In this document: positions 19,801 to 29,715 of the stretch, one piece after another
How the letters are laid out: each line of letters starts with the position of its first letter
Position numbering within the stretch: the stretch's first letter is position 1
From: a virus
IMG/VR virus record: IMGVR_UViG_3300029787_000001
Coordinates: 32,001 to 96,000 of that record
Strand: one strand, 5' to 3'
Length of the DNA stretch: 64,000 nucleotides
Made by a program: the position numbers and the translations under genes
Notes under the pieces: generated by a model
What the model saw: only the letters and a program-made list of their open reading frames with translations
What the model was told of the DNA's origin: nothing
The model's database searches: none

Positions 19801-21038
19801 CGCCGACCTCGCCCAGAAGGGCACTGTCTGGACGGTCGGCTCGACCACCTACCGAATCGACTGAACATTCTTTCCCGTTTCCCCTTGACAAGTGGAGCGG
19901 GACAGGTTACATTACAAGAGTAACAAGAAAGGAGAGATAACAATGTTCCCCTACTTCCACCACTTCGCCGCTGTCATCTTCAACGATGTCCTCCTGAACC
20001 GCAACGATGCGGGTCTGCGGCAGAATCTCCGGTACCTCGCGCAGGACCTCGGCATCATCCCCGTCGATGACTGGGCGAGCAGCACCGACTGAGCGAACTT
20101 TCCTTCCACTTTCCCCTTGACAGAAGAACCCAGACAGGTTACATTACAAGAGTAACAAGAAGGGAGAGAAAAGATGAACCAGATCGAAGCCCTCGACGTG
20201 CTCACGATGCACGATCTCTTCGGAGACGGCAGGCGCGACACCCTCACCGCCGCCATCGCGGTGATCGAGCCCATCGCCACCCGCCGCGCCCACAACGGGA
20301 CCGGCGACAGCATCGACTTCATGCTGGAGATGGTGCAGGGCGCCCGCGAGGATCTGTCTCGCATGGCTCCGTGCCCGTCCGGTCGCTGGTAGCGCACACT
20401 GCTGAGAGGGCAGCGGGTTCGACTCCCGCACGGGTTAGCATCTGGCCGGCTGGTTGCTTCATGGGTTCGAGTCCCATGACCGGTAGCTCTGCACGGACCC
20501 GTAGGGCGGCGACTCCCTCTCACTTTCCTTCCACTTTCCCCTTGACAGACTGACCCTAACGGGTTACATTACAAGAGTGAGAGGGAGACAGACTCCCCTC
20601 CAATCCCCAAGCAAGTGAGTTGACACCATGGCTAACCTCTTCGTCCTGAACCTCGTCGGAACCACCGCCCCCCTCGCCGCAGACAAGAACGCCAACCGCC
20701 TGATCGCTCTCGCGGTCGATATGCTCGCAGGCGACAGTGCCCCGGAGCCGGTCGAGGTCCCCGACACCGACGCCCTCCGCGCTGCCCTGTTCACCCGCGT
20801 CGCCACTGGTGAGGTCTCCCCGGCAGACTGCGCCGCCGAACTGAAGGCAATCGATCAGCAGGTCGCTGACGCTGCGAAGGCTGCGAAGGCTGACCCGCCC
20901 GTGCTCTCGCTCGCTGGCACGCCGGCGTCCGCTGCGATGATTAAGAGGGCGTTTCGCGGAGCGGAGTCCGGCACGAGCGTGGAGGTCGCAAGCCTCGACG
21001 GCGAGCGCGTCGGTTCGATCACAATGTTTCGTTGTTAG
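16833..21038 (+). other. Series of small early ORFs, most with their own promoter (16833-17018 Zn finger, 17023-17223, 17220-17405 KOW, 17402-17593, 17685-17837, 17983-18069, 18151-18357, 18553-18825, 18825-19007, 19052-19276, 19324-19557, 19634-19864, 19943-20092, 20174-20392, 20628-21038)
   Basis: Promoter, GGAG and ATG spacing; C-rich third codon positions. Confidence 0.7.
20365..20500 (+). ncRNA. Candidate RNA with two tandem tRNA T-arms
   Basis: GCGGG-TTCGACT-CCCGC (20413-20429) and TCATGGG-TTCGAGT-CCCATGA (20459-20479) enclosed by TCCGTGC/GCACGGA. Confidence 0.6.
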
Positions 21039-21114
21039 GAATGTTCCGGGTCTGAGACTCCAAAAAAAGATAACAGAAAGCCCTTGACAGGTGAGCCCAT
21101 CCGGGTTACATTAT

Positions 21115-21290
21115 AAGGGTAACAAGCGACAAGAGGTCCGCGACATGAAAGGTCCGAACTGAACATTCATGCATAGGCTGGGAGGCGTCCCACCTGTGAG
21201 CAGTAGCAAGAGCGACGCACAGAGGTGAACCTGACCCGAACGGGAGGGAACCTGCCTCTTCAAACACGACAGCAATAGTCCAACCCAGCC
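21115..21290 (+). ncRNA. Candidate structured ncRNA A
   Basis: Promoter at 21084 with no RBS or ORF; GGCTGGG/CCCAGCC closing helix with nested stems. Confidence 0.55.
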
Positions 21291-21315
21291 CGCTGGCACA
21301 CCGGTTAAAGTGTGC
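21290..21315 (+). repeat. Hairpin repeat, copy 3
   Basis: CCGCTGGCACACCGGTTAAAGTGTGC. Confidence 0.9.
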
Positions 21316-21325
21316 TCCCCTTTCT

Positions 21326-21510
21326 ACGAGAGCCGATCACCTCGCGCCAACGAGAAGCATCGGAGACATTGCACAGGTTTGGCGACCTGTGACGTGTGGG
21401 GCATAAGGTGCCCCGATGGCTTGACCGAACCTCGCAACCCACGCCACCAACGAAGGCGCAGGAGCGACAAGTAGCCGGTCATCTCTGCGGGTTCAACTCC
21501 CGCCTCTCGT
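21326..21510 (+). ncRNA. Candidate 185-nt tRNA-like RNA with a kissing-loop insert (ncRNA B)
   Basis: 7-bp acceptor ACGAGAG/CTCTCGT abutting T-arm GCGGG-TTCAACT-CCCGC; loops CGCCAA and TTGGCG are complementary. Confidence 0.7.
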
Positions 21511-21604
21511 TTCCTTTACAGTCCGAGACAGCAAAAAAAGATAACCCTAACCCCTTGACAGACTAACGGCAGCGCGTTACATTACATGTAAGAAGGGAGA
21601 GACA

Positions 21605-23514
21605 ATGTTCGCACTGATTACCTGGGAAAGCATCACTGGTCCCTGGACCGTCCGCGAGGGTCTGCCCTTCGCCTTCGCAATGTCGATGGCAAGGAATGGC
21701 GGCTTCGCCCGTGCGCAGGTCATCGACGAGCACGATCAGATCATGGCAGAGTTCAAGGCTGCCTGAGCCTTCCTTCCGAGAACTCATAAAAAGATAAACA
21801 CTATCCCCTTGACAAGAAGAAGAGGATAGGTTACATTACCAGTAAGAAGAGAGATAGACAATGGAAGACATGATTCACATGCTCATTTTGATTGTCCTTG
21901 TCCTTCTGACTATGTTGGTGGTAGAGGTAGCTAAGAGCACTGACACCATTTGACCCCTGCATGACCCTTGTGATCCACTAAGTGTCACAGGTTAATGAAA
22001 GTTATTTGACATTCTTTACTATTGGTGTTATGCGGTGTCATAGAGCCGCGCTGGCATGTGAGGGGGTTGGGCGTTGTGATCTGGCCCCCTCACACGCAAA
22101 CTGTCAAGGACAATAATCGTCCGCATTACCGTGCAGCACGGCATTGACAGCAAGTCCGCCACGTGTTACATTACACACCAGAGGAGCCCCCATGTGGATT
22201 ATGACCTACGACTGTGCAGACCGCGACCGGCAGACGATGCGCTTCGCATCGCTCCAGGCAGCAACCGACGCTGCCCTGCGTGCCCAGTGCGGTGGATGGA
22301 CCGTCTACAGCATCCATCAGGCAGAAATGCCCAAAAACAAGAATGCCCACCAGTAGCGCATTCATATAGGCACTTTGCTTATACGAGAGATAAAAATAAA
22401 ACAGCTTGACAAGCACCCGCTTTCAGGTTACATTACTTGTGTAATGAGGGAGAACTAATGAGCTACAACCGCGTCCTCGAAACCCGTGAGCACCCCGTGT
22501 GGGACTGCGTCCAGAAGGACTACCCCGAGGCTAAGCTCATCGCAGTGCGGACGGACGCCATCAACTTCGCAGTCGGTCGCCGCATCTGGCTGGCACACTT
22601 CGACTACAATCAGACGGATGTCGAGTGGTACGAGGACGTGACCCGGTTCGTGCCAGACGCTCTCCGATAGTTAGCACTTTCCCCTTGACAGCAACAGCAT
22701 AACAGGTTACATTAGTTGGGTAGCCAGCAAGGAGCCCACATGACCATTCGCCACCACCTCGGCATGCCCCTCGTCGCCCGCAACGTCAAGCGCCTGGGAG
22801 AGTTCGCCATGTGGGACGAGCACACCTGCGAGCTTCGCACCACCACCGGCACCTTCGTGCTCTGGTTCCCGATCGGCAAGGACACGACGGACGATGAGAT
22901 GATCGCCATGTGCCGTGACGCCCTGAGCGGTCACGTCTACGAGGGCAACCGGATCGTCACGAGGACTGCGCCCCCCATGATCAAGCGCGCACGATAGCCC
23001 TTGACAGCAAGGGCAGAACAGGTTACATTAGTTGGGTAATCAGAAAGGAGCCGATATGCCGACGACGAAGCTGAAGTACGATGTCGAGATTGTCTACTCA
23101 ATCCTCGGTGACGGCACTACGGGTGTTCACCGTCTGCGTTGCCGCTTGGAGGAGCTGGACAGTGCCCACACTTGGGGGGCTCTCCAGCGCGCCGGGAAGT
23201 CCCGCGCGGAGGTCCACTGTGTGCGCTGGCTCAACCGCCCGCGTCCACAGGGATAGGGCGAAGAAGCCGCTTGACAGCCCGCCTCTGGCGGGTTACATTA
23301 CTTGTGTAATCAGACAGGAGAACTCATGAAGCACCCCTTCGATGTCACCATCGCATTCCGCAAGAACATTGGTCGCCACAACGGTCCTGCCGTGTGGGAG
23401 CAGCGCGAGCGTGTCGAGCGCGTGTTCGCCGACAGCATCTGCGAAGCCCTCCACCTCGGAGAAGTTCGCTCCGGTGGTCGTGCCATTGCGTGCAAGTGTT
23501 TGTGGGATCGTTAG
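21605..23514 (+). other. Last early cassettes (21605-21766, 21861-21953 TM peptide, 22192-22356, 22458-22670, 22740-22997, 23056-23256, 23326-23514)
   Basis: One promoter and one RBS per ORF. Confidence 0.7.
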
Positions 23515-23650
23515 TTTGCATAGGGGGGCACCCCCCCCCTCCCCCCCCGGAGGATAAGTCCCTTAGAACCTGGGTTATCGAGCAGGTTGCGCAAGTACAT
23601 TCACAATCACCGCCAAAAATTTCCAGAATTAAAAAACCCGGAGTAAAAAA

Positions 23651-24802
23651 ATGCCAGATATACAAATAGGAGACCTCGTGAAAGTAGAGAACAAACACTT
23701 AGAAGCGAGTCATAAATTGAGATCGAAGAATTGTTGGCTAGTTGTGGAAACAAAAGTAACCTACCAGATAGATGTGGCGTTATGCATACAAGGAAGCAGA
23801 AAGGAATGGATTAGCTTTGGCATATTGGAGAAAGTATGATACAAATAGGAGACCTTGTAAGAGTAGATAAAAACTCCGGTAAAAAATTTCCCACATTTGC
23901 ACCCGAGAACAAAATAAAAACTAGTTACATCGTAAGCCAACAAAGGCAGGAGACAATTATGAAGATTACAAAGGCAAGATTGAAGGAAATAATCAAGGAA
24001 GAACTTGAGAATCTAAACGAAAGCCTAACCGGCACTATGGATGCAGAACGCAGATTGGCTATGGACCAAGGTCCCCGCGCATCAATGGCTAGAAAGAGCC
24101 AAGGCGCAGAGCTAAGAAGACTAGCTAGAAGCAAAGGAGAAGAGTCTCCCGAAGTTGCAGCCGCTAGACAACAATTGGTAGACAAGGGCATGCTCGACGC
24201 TCGCACGGGCAGATCTTTAACGCGCGGCAATAGCATAAATGACGTAGAAGACGCTCTTAAGGCTATGAACACCGATGCGGCTACTATGGATGCTATCATA
24301 CGCAAGCTAGAAGCCCTCTACAGGTAGTGTAAAAAAACAAGTAGCACACTTTACCGCATGCCAAGAATTCCATCATCCCCGCTCCGTTACAAGGTCGGGG
24401 ATTTGGTTTGTCTATCGTATGACGAGTTTAAGTTGTATGGCTACGGCATAGTGATGGAAGGTCTGCCGAATAGCCTCTATAGAGTCTACTGGTTTAAAGA
24501 AAAATCCACTGAAATAGAGACGACCTTCGACATTCTGCCCGCTGAGTTGCCGGAAGGCTGGATGCAAAGCTCACACGAGACACATGTCGAGAACACGTGA
24601 ATCTTCAGCATCGATAGCAGTCGGTGATTTAGTCGTGTTAAAACACGATTATTTCCGGCAAGTAGGCTACGGAATAGTATTGCATCCCAGCATTATGCCC
24701 CACAGGTGCTCGGTGTACTGGATAGGGCTGGACATGACCCTGGTAGAATTCTACAACGATTTAGAAAAGCCACCTTGCGGTCCCCACGCGCGGGCGTTAT
24801 AA
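23651..24802 (+). other. KOW-like ORFs (23651-23839, 24358-24600, 24584-24802) and an MKITK-leader protein (23959-24327)
   Basis: IQIGDLVKV, YKVGDLV, AVGDLV; AGGAG and CTAGTTA upstream of 23959. Confidence 0.65.
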
Positions 24803-24838
24803 TACGGGTGTAAGCCAAATAATTTCTTTGGAGGCACT

Positions 24839-25162
24839 GTGACGTGGAAAACTTTTTTAATTGCATTCTCGGTAGGCTGTGCGGGCGACATTGCCCATTA
24901 TGATAGTGCAGAACCGCTGTATCCTATCGAGGAATGGACGTGTTCTCACAATGAGTCCCGTTTTTCCGCCCATGTGGAGGCATCTACCATTGATTTGGAA
25001 GAGTGGTCGGCAATAGACTTCTTTATTCATGACCATGATAGCAGCTATAGCTTGCCAATGAAGAAGCACGAAGATGGCTCCTGGCGAACCTACGGGAATA
25101 TCTATGAGCTTGACTGCAATTCTGATAACTTGGGTACCTCCTGGGTCTACTACGAATTGTAA
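24839..25162 (+). CDS. Putative lipoprotein
   Basis: FLIAFSVG-C lipobox. Confidence 0.5.
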   Translation: MTWKTFLIAFSVGCAGDIAHYDSAEPLYPIEEWTCSHNESRFSAHVEASTIDLEEWSAIDFFIHDHDSSYSLPMKKHEDGSWRTYGNIYELDCNSDNLGTSWVYYEL

Positions 25163-25372
25163 TGTTTAATGTGTTTTGAGAATGCGCCTGTAGTGGTGGT
25201 TTTGACGATGCGGAGGTGGAAACTTTTAGCGCAAGAAAAAGTTGCGGAAAAATAGGCGGCAAAGCAAGATAATTTTTTTGCGCGTTTTGGTTACGGGCAT
25301 AGGGGTTTGCGGACTATTTAAGTGTGCTCCCGTTGTTATGTGTGTGGGAGTTTATAAAGGAACTCTCACAAC

Positions 25373-26134
25373 ATGTTTAAACTAAAATCTATTTTATTCG
25401 CTCTCGTTTTTGCCTTGGGTGGTGTCGCTTATGCTAAAGACGCCAACTCTGGACCGCTCACTAACCAAACTGTGTCCATAATCGTATCCGACGCAAGCAT
25501 GTCCATGACTGAACGCAAGGTTCGTGATGCGGCTGTTCGTGTGTTTACTGCGGGGGGCGGACATGGTTCTGGCTCTTACATCAAGCATAAGGACTTTTAT
25601 TTTGTTTTGACGGCTCAGCACGTAGCAGATGGTGCTCTTTATTCTGATTACAGAGTGAAGAAGGGCTCAGAAATCAAGAAGGCAATCCTTGTTTGGTCTG
25701 ATAAAACAGCCGACATCGCTGTTCTTGCTCTAACAAGCGAGTTTGAGACCATTTCTCCAATGGCTTTCAAGACAACATCTGACATTCCTGAGGTAGGAAC
25801 GGAGATTTCTTACTCTGGTTACCCCTCAAGGCACCAATTGATGTCTATTCGTGGTAGAGTTGCTGGTTATGAGCAGAAAATTGGGGCGGGGACGCAGATA
25901 ATGCTTCACACCTACGGGTGGTTTGGCTGCTCTGGTTCTGTGATCTACAATAAAAAAGAAGAAATCATTGGAGTTTTGTGGGGAGTTGATGTAGAATACT
26001 ACCCTGGCATGGCTGTTGTCGAAGAGATGGTCTGGGTTATCCCAGTTCAGAAACTAAAAGTAGACGAAGTTGTGGAAAACACATGCAAAATAAAAGGAAT
26101 GAAGCAACAATTGTCCCGCTTCTGTAGGAAGTGA
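25373..26134 (+). CDS. Trypsin-like serine protease with signal peptide
   Basis: GSGSYI, LTAQHV (His), DIAVL (Asp), GCSGS (Ser). Confidence 0.85.
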   Translation: MFKLKSILFALVFALGGVAYAKDANSGPLTNQTVSIIVSDASMSMTERKVRDAAVRVFTAGGGHGSGSYIKHKDFYFVLTAQHVADGALYSDYRVKKGSEIKKAILVWSDKTADIAVLALTSEFETISPMAFKTTSDIPEVGTEISYSGYPSRHQLMSIRGRVAGYEQKIGAGTQIMLHTYGWFGCSGSVIYNKKEEIIGVLWGVDVEYYPGMAVVEEMVWVIPVQKLKVDEVVENTCKIKGMKQQLSRFCRK

Positions 26135-26135
26135 A

Positions 26136-26825
26136 TTGAAGCTACTAATTGAAAATTGGAGAAAGTTTGTCAACGAAGGCGTGAATTCTAATTTCACTGT
26201 CTCGATGGACCCTCAAGACTTTTTGACCCTAACTTATCAGGACGATGCCGACATTGAAGGCAGATCCGACTACATTCTTGGAATGCCGGGCGGATTTGAT
26301 AAGACAAAAGCCGGCAAATTGTCTCTTGTTATCAAGAAATGCTGGGATGATGGCGTAGATAAGGTTATTTCCCACGCTGGACGTGCTCGCTCTATGGCTG
26401 CTATGAAGTCTGGGGTGAAGCAGATGCCAGTAATCTTGACTTTTGTTAACTGCGACGAGAAGCCCGTGCGCGGAATGCCAAGTCTGAATTTTATTTCTGA
26501 TAGATTGGAAGGTCAATTTGATAATTCTTCTATCTCAGTAGATAAGATAGGCAAATACGAATCCCAAAGGGCTCTTGATCTTGGCACAAGAACAGAAATG
26601 TCAACAGGAGAACTGTTAAAAACCCTACGAATCACTTTTCTAGAGAAAGCTACAAATGATTATAGAATGGCTGATTTTGTTTCGGACCTAAATAAAGAAT
26701 ATAATTTTATGCTCTCAGGCGAACCCGAACAGGTGAAGGTTATGGTAAAAGATGGACTGCGCTTTCCGGGGTTTGAGTCGGATCCTCCCGAAGATTCCAA
26801 TGTAAAGGTGTTAAATAAAGAATAA
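26136..26825 (+). CDS. MKLLIENWRKF-leader protein with a ParB/Srx-like cargo
   Basis: Leader; VISHAGRARSMAAMKSGVKQMPVIL. Confidence 0.6.
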   Translation: MKLLIENWRKFVNEGVNSNFTVSMDPQDFLTLTYQDDADIEGRSDYILGMPGGFDKTKAGKLSLVIKKCWDDGVDKVISHAGRARSMAAMKSGVKQMPVILTFVNCDEKPVRGMPSLNFISDRLEGQFDNSSISVDKIGKYESQRALDLGTRTEMSTGELLKTLRITFLEKATNDYRMADFVSDLNKEYNFMLSGEPEQVKVMVKDGLRFPGFESDPPEDSNVKVLNKE

Positions 26826-26827
26826 CA

Positions 26828-27469
26828 ATGAAACTACTGCTTGAAAATTGGCGCGCTTATCTGGATGAAGAGCAGATAAACGAAAAAATGATGCTGAAAC
26901 CCGGTCCGCAGGGCTGGGATCTCTACGCACAGTTGGTTGGCGATGCCTATTTGGCTGCTCCCAAGTTTGAACAGAGGGCAGTCCCGCATTTTCAAGCTAT
27001 GACACCCTTTCTGGAAAAAATGTTTAAGAGGATCTCAAGCAGAGTAGACATAGAATTCGTTGATTACCACCCCTATAACACAGCAGCAGAGCTAAGAGAT
27101 GCAGTAAACAGCACTGGAAAGATGAAAGTTGCTACAATTGACGCCGAACATGATGTGTTTGACGAAATTACGAACGCAAAATTCAGAGCGGTCCACGATT
27201 ACATGTCCCACATTCAGGCAATCGGCTCACGAGGAACCGAATTTGATTTGAGAGGGGAACTTGCCTCTTATAATGCTCACCTCAAAACAATGCCACAGGA
27301 GTCTATTCCTGCCTTATTTACCGAGATTGTCGGACAGACTTGTGCTTACCACGCTGGTGGCGGCACTTTCGCAGAACAGAAGATCTGTCTATTAGATGGC
27401 TTTGATTACATCAATCTTGGTGTTGTCGAAGGCTATGACATAGTTAATAAGGAATTGGTAAAGAAATGA
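26828..27469 (+). CDS. Leader protein with a conserved phage domain (FRAVHDY..H)
   Basis: Leader; NAKFRAVHDYMSH...GELASYNAH...LFTEIVGQ. Confidence 0.6.
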   Translation: MKLLLENWRAYLDEEQINEKMMLKPGPQGWDLYAQLVGDAYLAAPKFEQRAVPHFQAMTPFLEKMFKRISSRVDIEFVDYHPYNTAAELRDAVNSTGKMKVATIDAEHDVFDEITNAKFRAVHDYMSHIQAIGSRGTEFDLRGELASYNAHLKTMPQESIPALFTEIVGQTCAYHAGGGTFAEQKICLLDGFDYINLGVVEGYDIVNKELVKK

Positions 27470-28119
27470 AACTACTACTTGAAAATTGGCGAAAGTTCTT
27501 GACTGAAAATGAGGCGGCTTACTTCCCTTGGCTAGAAGAATTAGAAGCGCAAGGTGGAGAAGCCCTTATGGGTCCTGATTTTCAACAAGCAGGCTCAGGA
27601 GCATTCCGTGTTGTCTTCAAGCCAAAAGGAGATGAGGACCATGTCATCAAGCTATCGAAAGATCCTCGCAACAATTGGATGAACAAGATAGAGTCCGAAA
27701 CAGCCAATTCTTACCCCGATTTGTTTCCAAAGACATTTGCTCATGCTGATGATTGGGAATGGATTGTCCAAGAGGCTGTCGAAGTGCTGACCCGAAGAAA
27801 CGAGCAGCAAATGCGTGTTATGTTGCAGAAGACTTTTCCAAACATCTATGTTGTCTTCAAGGGTGCAACTCTAAAAGATCATGAGCTTTCTGGCTTATGG
27901 AGCGACATTGTTGATGCAGCAAGGGGTCCTTACGCAACAAAAGACCAGAAGATTTTTGATTTTGGAATAAAGAACGAAAAAGCCTTCATCCAGCTTGCTT
28001 CAGCTATCTCTAAATTTAAGATAGACAGCGAAGATCTGGGTTATGGCAACATAGGAATAAATGAACAAGGACAATTAAGGATCTTAGATGCCTCTGTGCT
28101 TCTCAGACCAAAGGAATAA
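27466..28119 (+). CDS. Leader protein with a kinase-fold cargo
   Basis: GSGAFRVV, VIKL, EDLGYGNIG, LRILD. Confidence 0.65.
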   Translation: MKLLLENWRKFLTENEAAYFPWLEELEAQGGEALMGPDFQQAGSGAFRVVFKPKGDEDHVIKLSKDPRNNWMNKIESETANSYPDLFPKTFAHADDWEWIVQEAVEVLTRRNEQQMRVMLQKTFPNIYVVFKGATLKDHELSGLWSDIVDAARGPYATKDQKIFDFGIKNEKAFIQLASAISKFKIDSEDLGYGNIGINEQGQLRILDASVLLRPKE

Positions 28120-28121
28120 TT

Positions 28122-28601
28122 ATGAAACTACTACTTGAAAATTGGCGTCAATTTATGAATGAGGATGTGCGAGTCACATTTAAAAAAGCAATTGATTTGG
28201 TCTGCCCCCCAGCAACACAGGACTTGGAACTTAACACGAAGAACCGTGATTCCGCAATTCATGCTGAACACATTCAGTACGGTCCTCTGAATGTCGGAAT
28301 GCCCGGTGACTACTGGGAAGAAATCGCCGACTACTGGAACACAACTGAAGAGGCAGCCGAAGCTTCTAACTGTGGGGTTTGCACTGCTTTTGACATTTCT
28401 CCTAGAATGTTGGAATGCATGCCCGGCGAAACATCCGATGAAGACGGTGTTCTCGGCTATTGCTGGATGCATAACTTCAAGTGTCACTCTGCGCGTGCTT
28501 GTAGAACTTGGGCAAAGGGTGGACCCATAGAGGAAGATTCAGTTTCTGCTGATTGGCAGGAGCGCTCAAACATAGGTAAAGAGAATGAAACTACTGATTG
28601 A
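28122..28601 (+). CDS. Leader protein with a Cys-rich cargo
   Basis: CGVC...C...GYCWMHNFKC...C..W. Confidence 0.6.
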   Translation: MKLLLENWRQFMNEDVRVTFKKAIDLVCPPATQDLELNTKNRDSAIHAEHIQYGPLNVGMPGDYWEEIADYWNTTEEAAEASNCGVCTAFDISPRMLECMPGETSDEDGVLGYCWMHNFKCHSARACRTWAKGGPIEEDSVSADWQERSNIGKENETTD

Positions 28602-29271
28602 AAACTGGCGTAAGTTCTTGGCTGAAGAAGAAGTTCTAGTTGAGAAATGCTGGGACGGCTACAGACAAGCTGGGCTTAAAAAGAAAGGTGACCGAATGGT
28701 CCCCAACTGTGTCCCAATTGGTGGAAAGAAAGACGAAGCAATGGAGATAAATGAAGAGCAAGGTCAATACATCGGCACTATTGACGATGTGGGCTCTGAC
28801 CTTTATCGCATCTCCAAGCGCTATGGAGACAAGGGCGACAATTATGAACGATTTCAGAAGGGAGCCAAGGTCATAAGGTCCCGTAACACGTCCGCAGATG
28901 ACCAGCAGCCCTATCTAAATTCTGATGGAGACCCAGAGCATAGGATTTATTTTTTCGGCTCTGGAGACGACGCTAAGGCTGCTATGATGTCCGACACACA
29001 AGAGTTGGAAGCAATCGTCGGCGACTTTTCTGACGCAGACAAGGAAAAAGGCATCAATGAGAATTTGTTGTTAGTCCGCATTTCGATGAACCAAGTTCCA
29101 AAAGAGGTTGAATTCTTCACCGATTACGAATTGGAAGGAACTCCCTACGATGCTATTTATGGTGCGTACCCAGATGGTCGGGCTTGGACTCTCGCCCCCA
29201 AATCAAATGACATTCAGTTAGCGACCGATCTACTTAACTATGAAGAGGACGATTACTATGAAGATTACTAA
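28585..29271 (+). CDS. Leader protein with a KCWDGY..VPNCVP motif and unknown cargo
   Basis: Leader; KCWDGYRQAGLKKKGDRMVPNCVP. Confidence 0.6.
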   Translation: MKLLIENWRKFLAEEEVLVEKCWDGYRQAGLKKKGDRMVPNCVPIGGKKDEAMEINEEQGQYIGTIDDVGSDLYRISKRYGDKGDNYERFQKGAKVIRSRNTSADDQQPYLNSDGDPEHRIYFFGSGDDAKAAMMSDTQELEAIVGDFSDADKEKGINENLLLVRISMNQVPKEVEFFTDYELEGTPYDAIYGAYPDGRAWTLAPKSNDIQLATDLLNYEEDDYYEDY

Positions 29272-29700
29272 AGAAAGACTAAAGCAAATTATCAAGGAAG
29301 AGCTTGAGAATGTTATGGAAGTTGAGCGCGCGTGGTGCGTTGGCTTTGAAAAAGACGGCAAAATGCACCACGAACAGGTCAATGCTGACGCTGGTGGAGT
29401 TGCCGAGAGAAAAATAAAAAAGAAGCACGATGTGGGCGATGCCGCAATCAAGAGCACCAAAGAAGGTAAGTGTCCTCGATGAAAATTACAAAGACAAGAC
29501 TAAGGCAGATCATCAAGGAAGAACTCACCCGTCAAGACAAAGCCGATGTTAAGAAGATGGTCCAAGACGAACTTGGCAAGCTCCTTAAGAAGAAGGATGC
29601 TAAGGACCAAGTGGGCGAGATCGTAAAGAAGATTATGAAGAAGCTTTACAAGGATCTGTCACTAGAACACCCCTACATCATTGACAGGATTAAGATCTGA
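29258..29700 (+). other. Two MKITKxRLxQIIKEEL-leader proteins (29258-29482, 29479-29700)
   Basis: Shared N-terminus with 23959. Confidence 0.7.
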
Positions 29701-29715
29701 GGTTAAATTAAGGCT

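Noticed and set aside
21326-21510. Calling ncRNA B a tmRNA
   Set aside because: The T-arm looks tmRNA-like, but there is no G3-U70, no encoded CCA, no GGGG 5' end, no tag ORF, and it is about half the usual length
22101-22109. Minus-strand early promoter (reverse complement of CCTTGACAG)
   Set aside because: No matching -10 at 17-nt spacing and no credible minus-strand gene
16740-23300. CRISPR array suggested by regularly recurring repeats
   Set aside because: Repeats are degenerate promoters separated by 150-600 bp ORFs, not 30-40-nt spacers; the 47146 nuclease is a lone PD-(D/E)xK gene with no cas operon
25373-26134. Trypsin-like protease as the enzyme that removes the MKLLLENW leaders
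   Set aside because: It has a signal peptide and is probably exported; adjacency alone is not evidence
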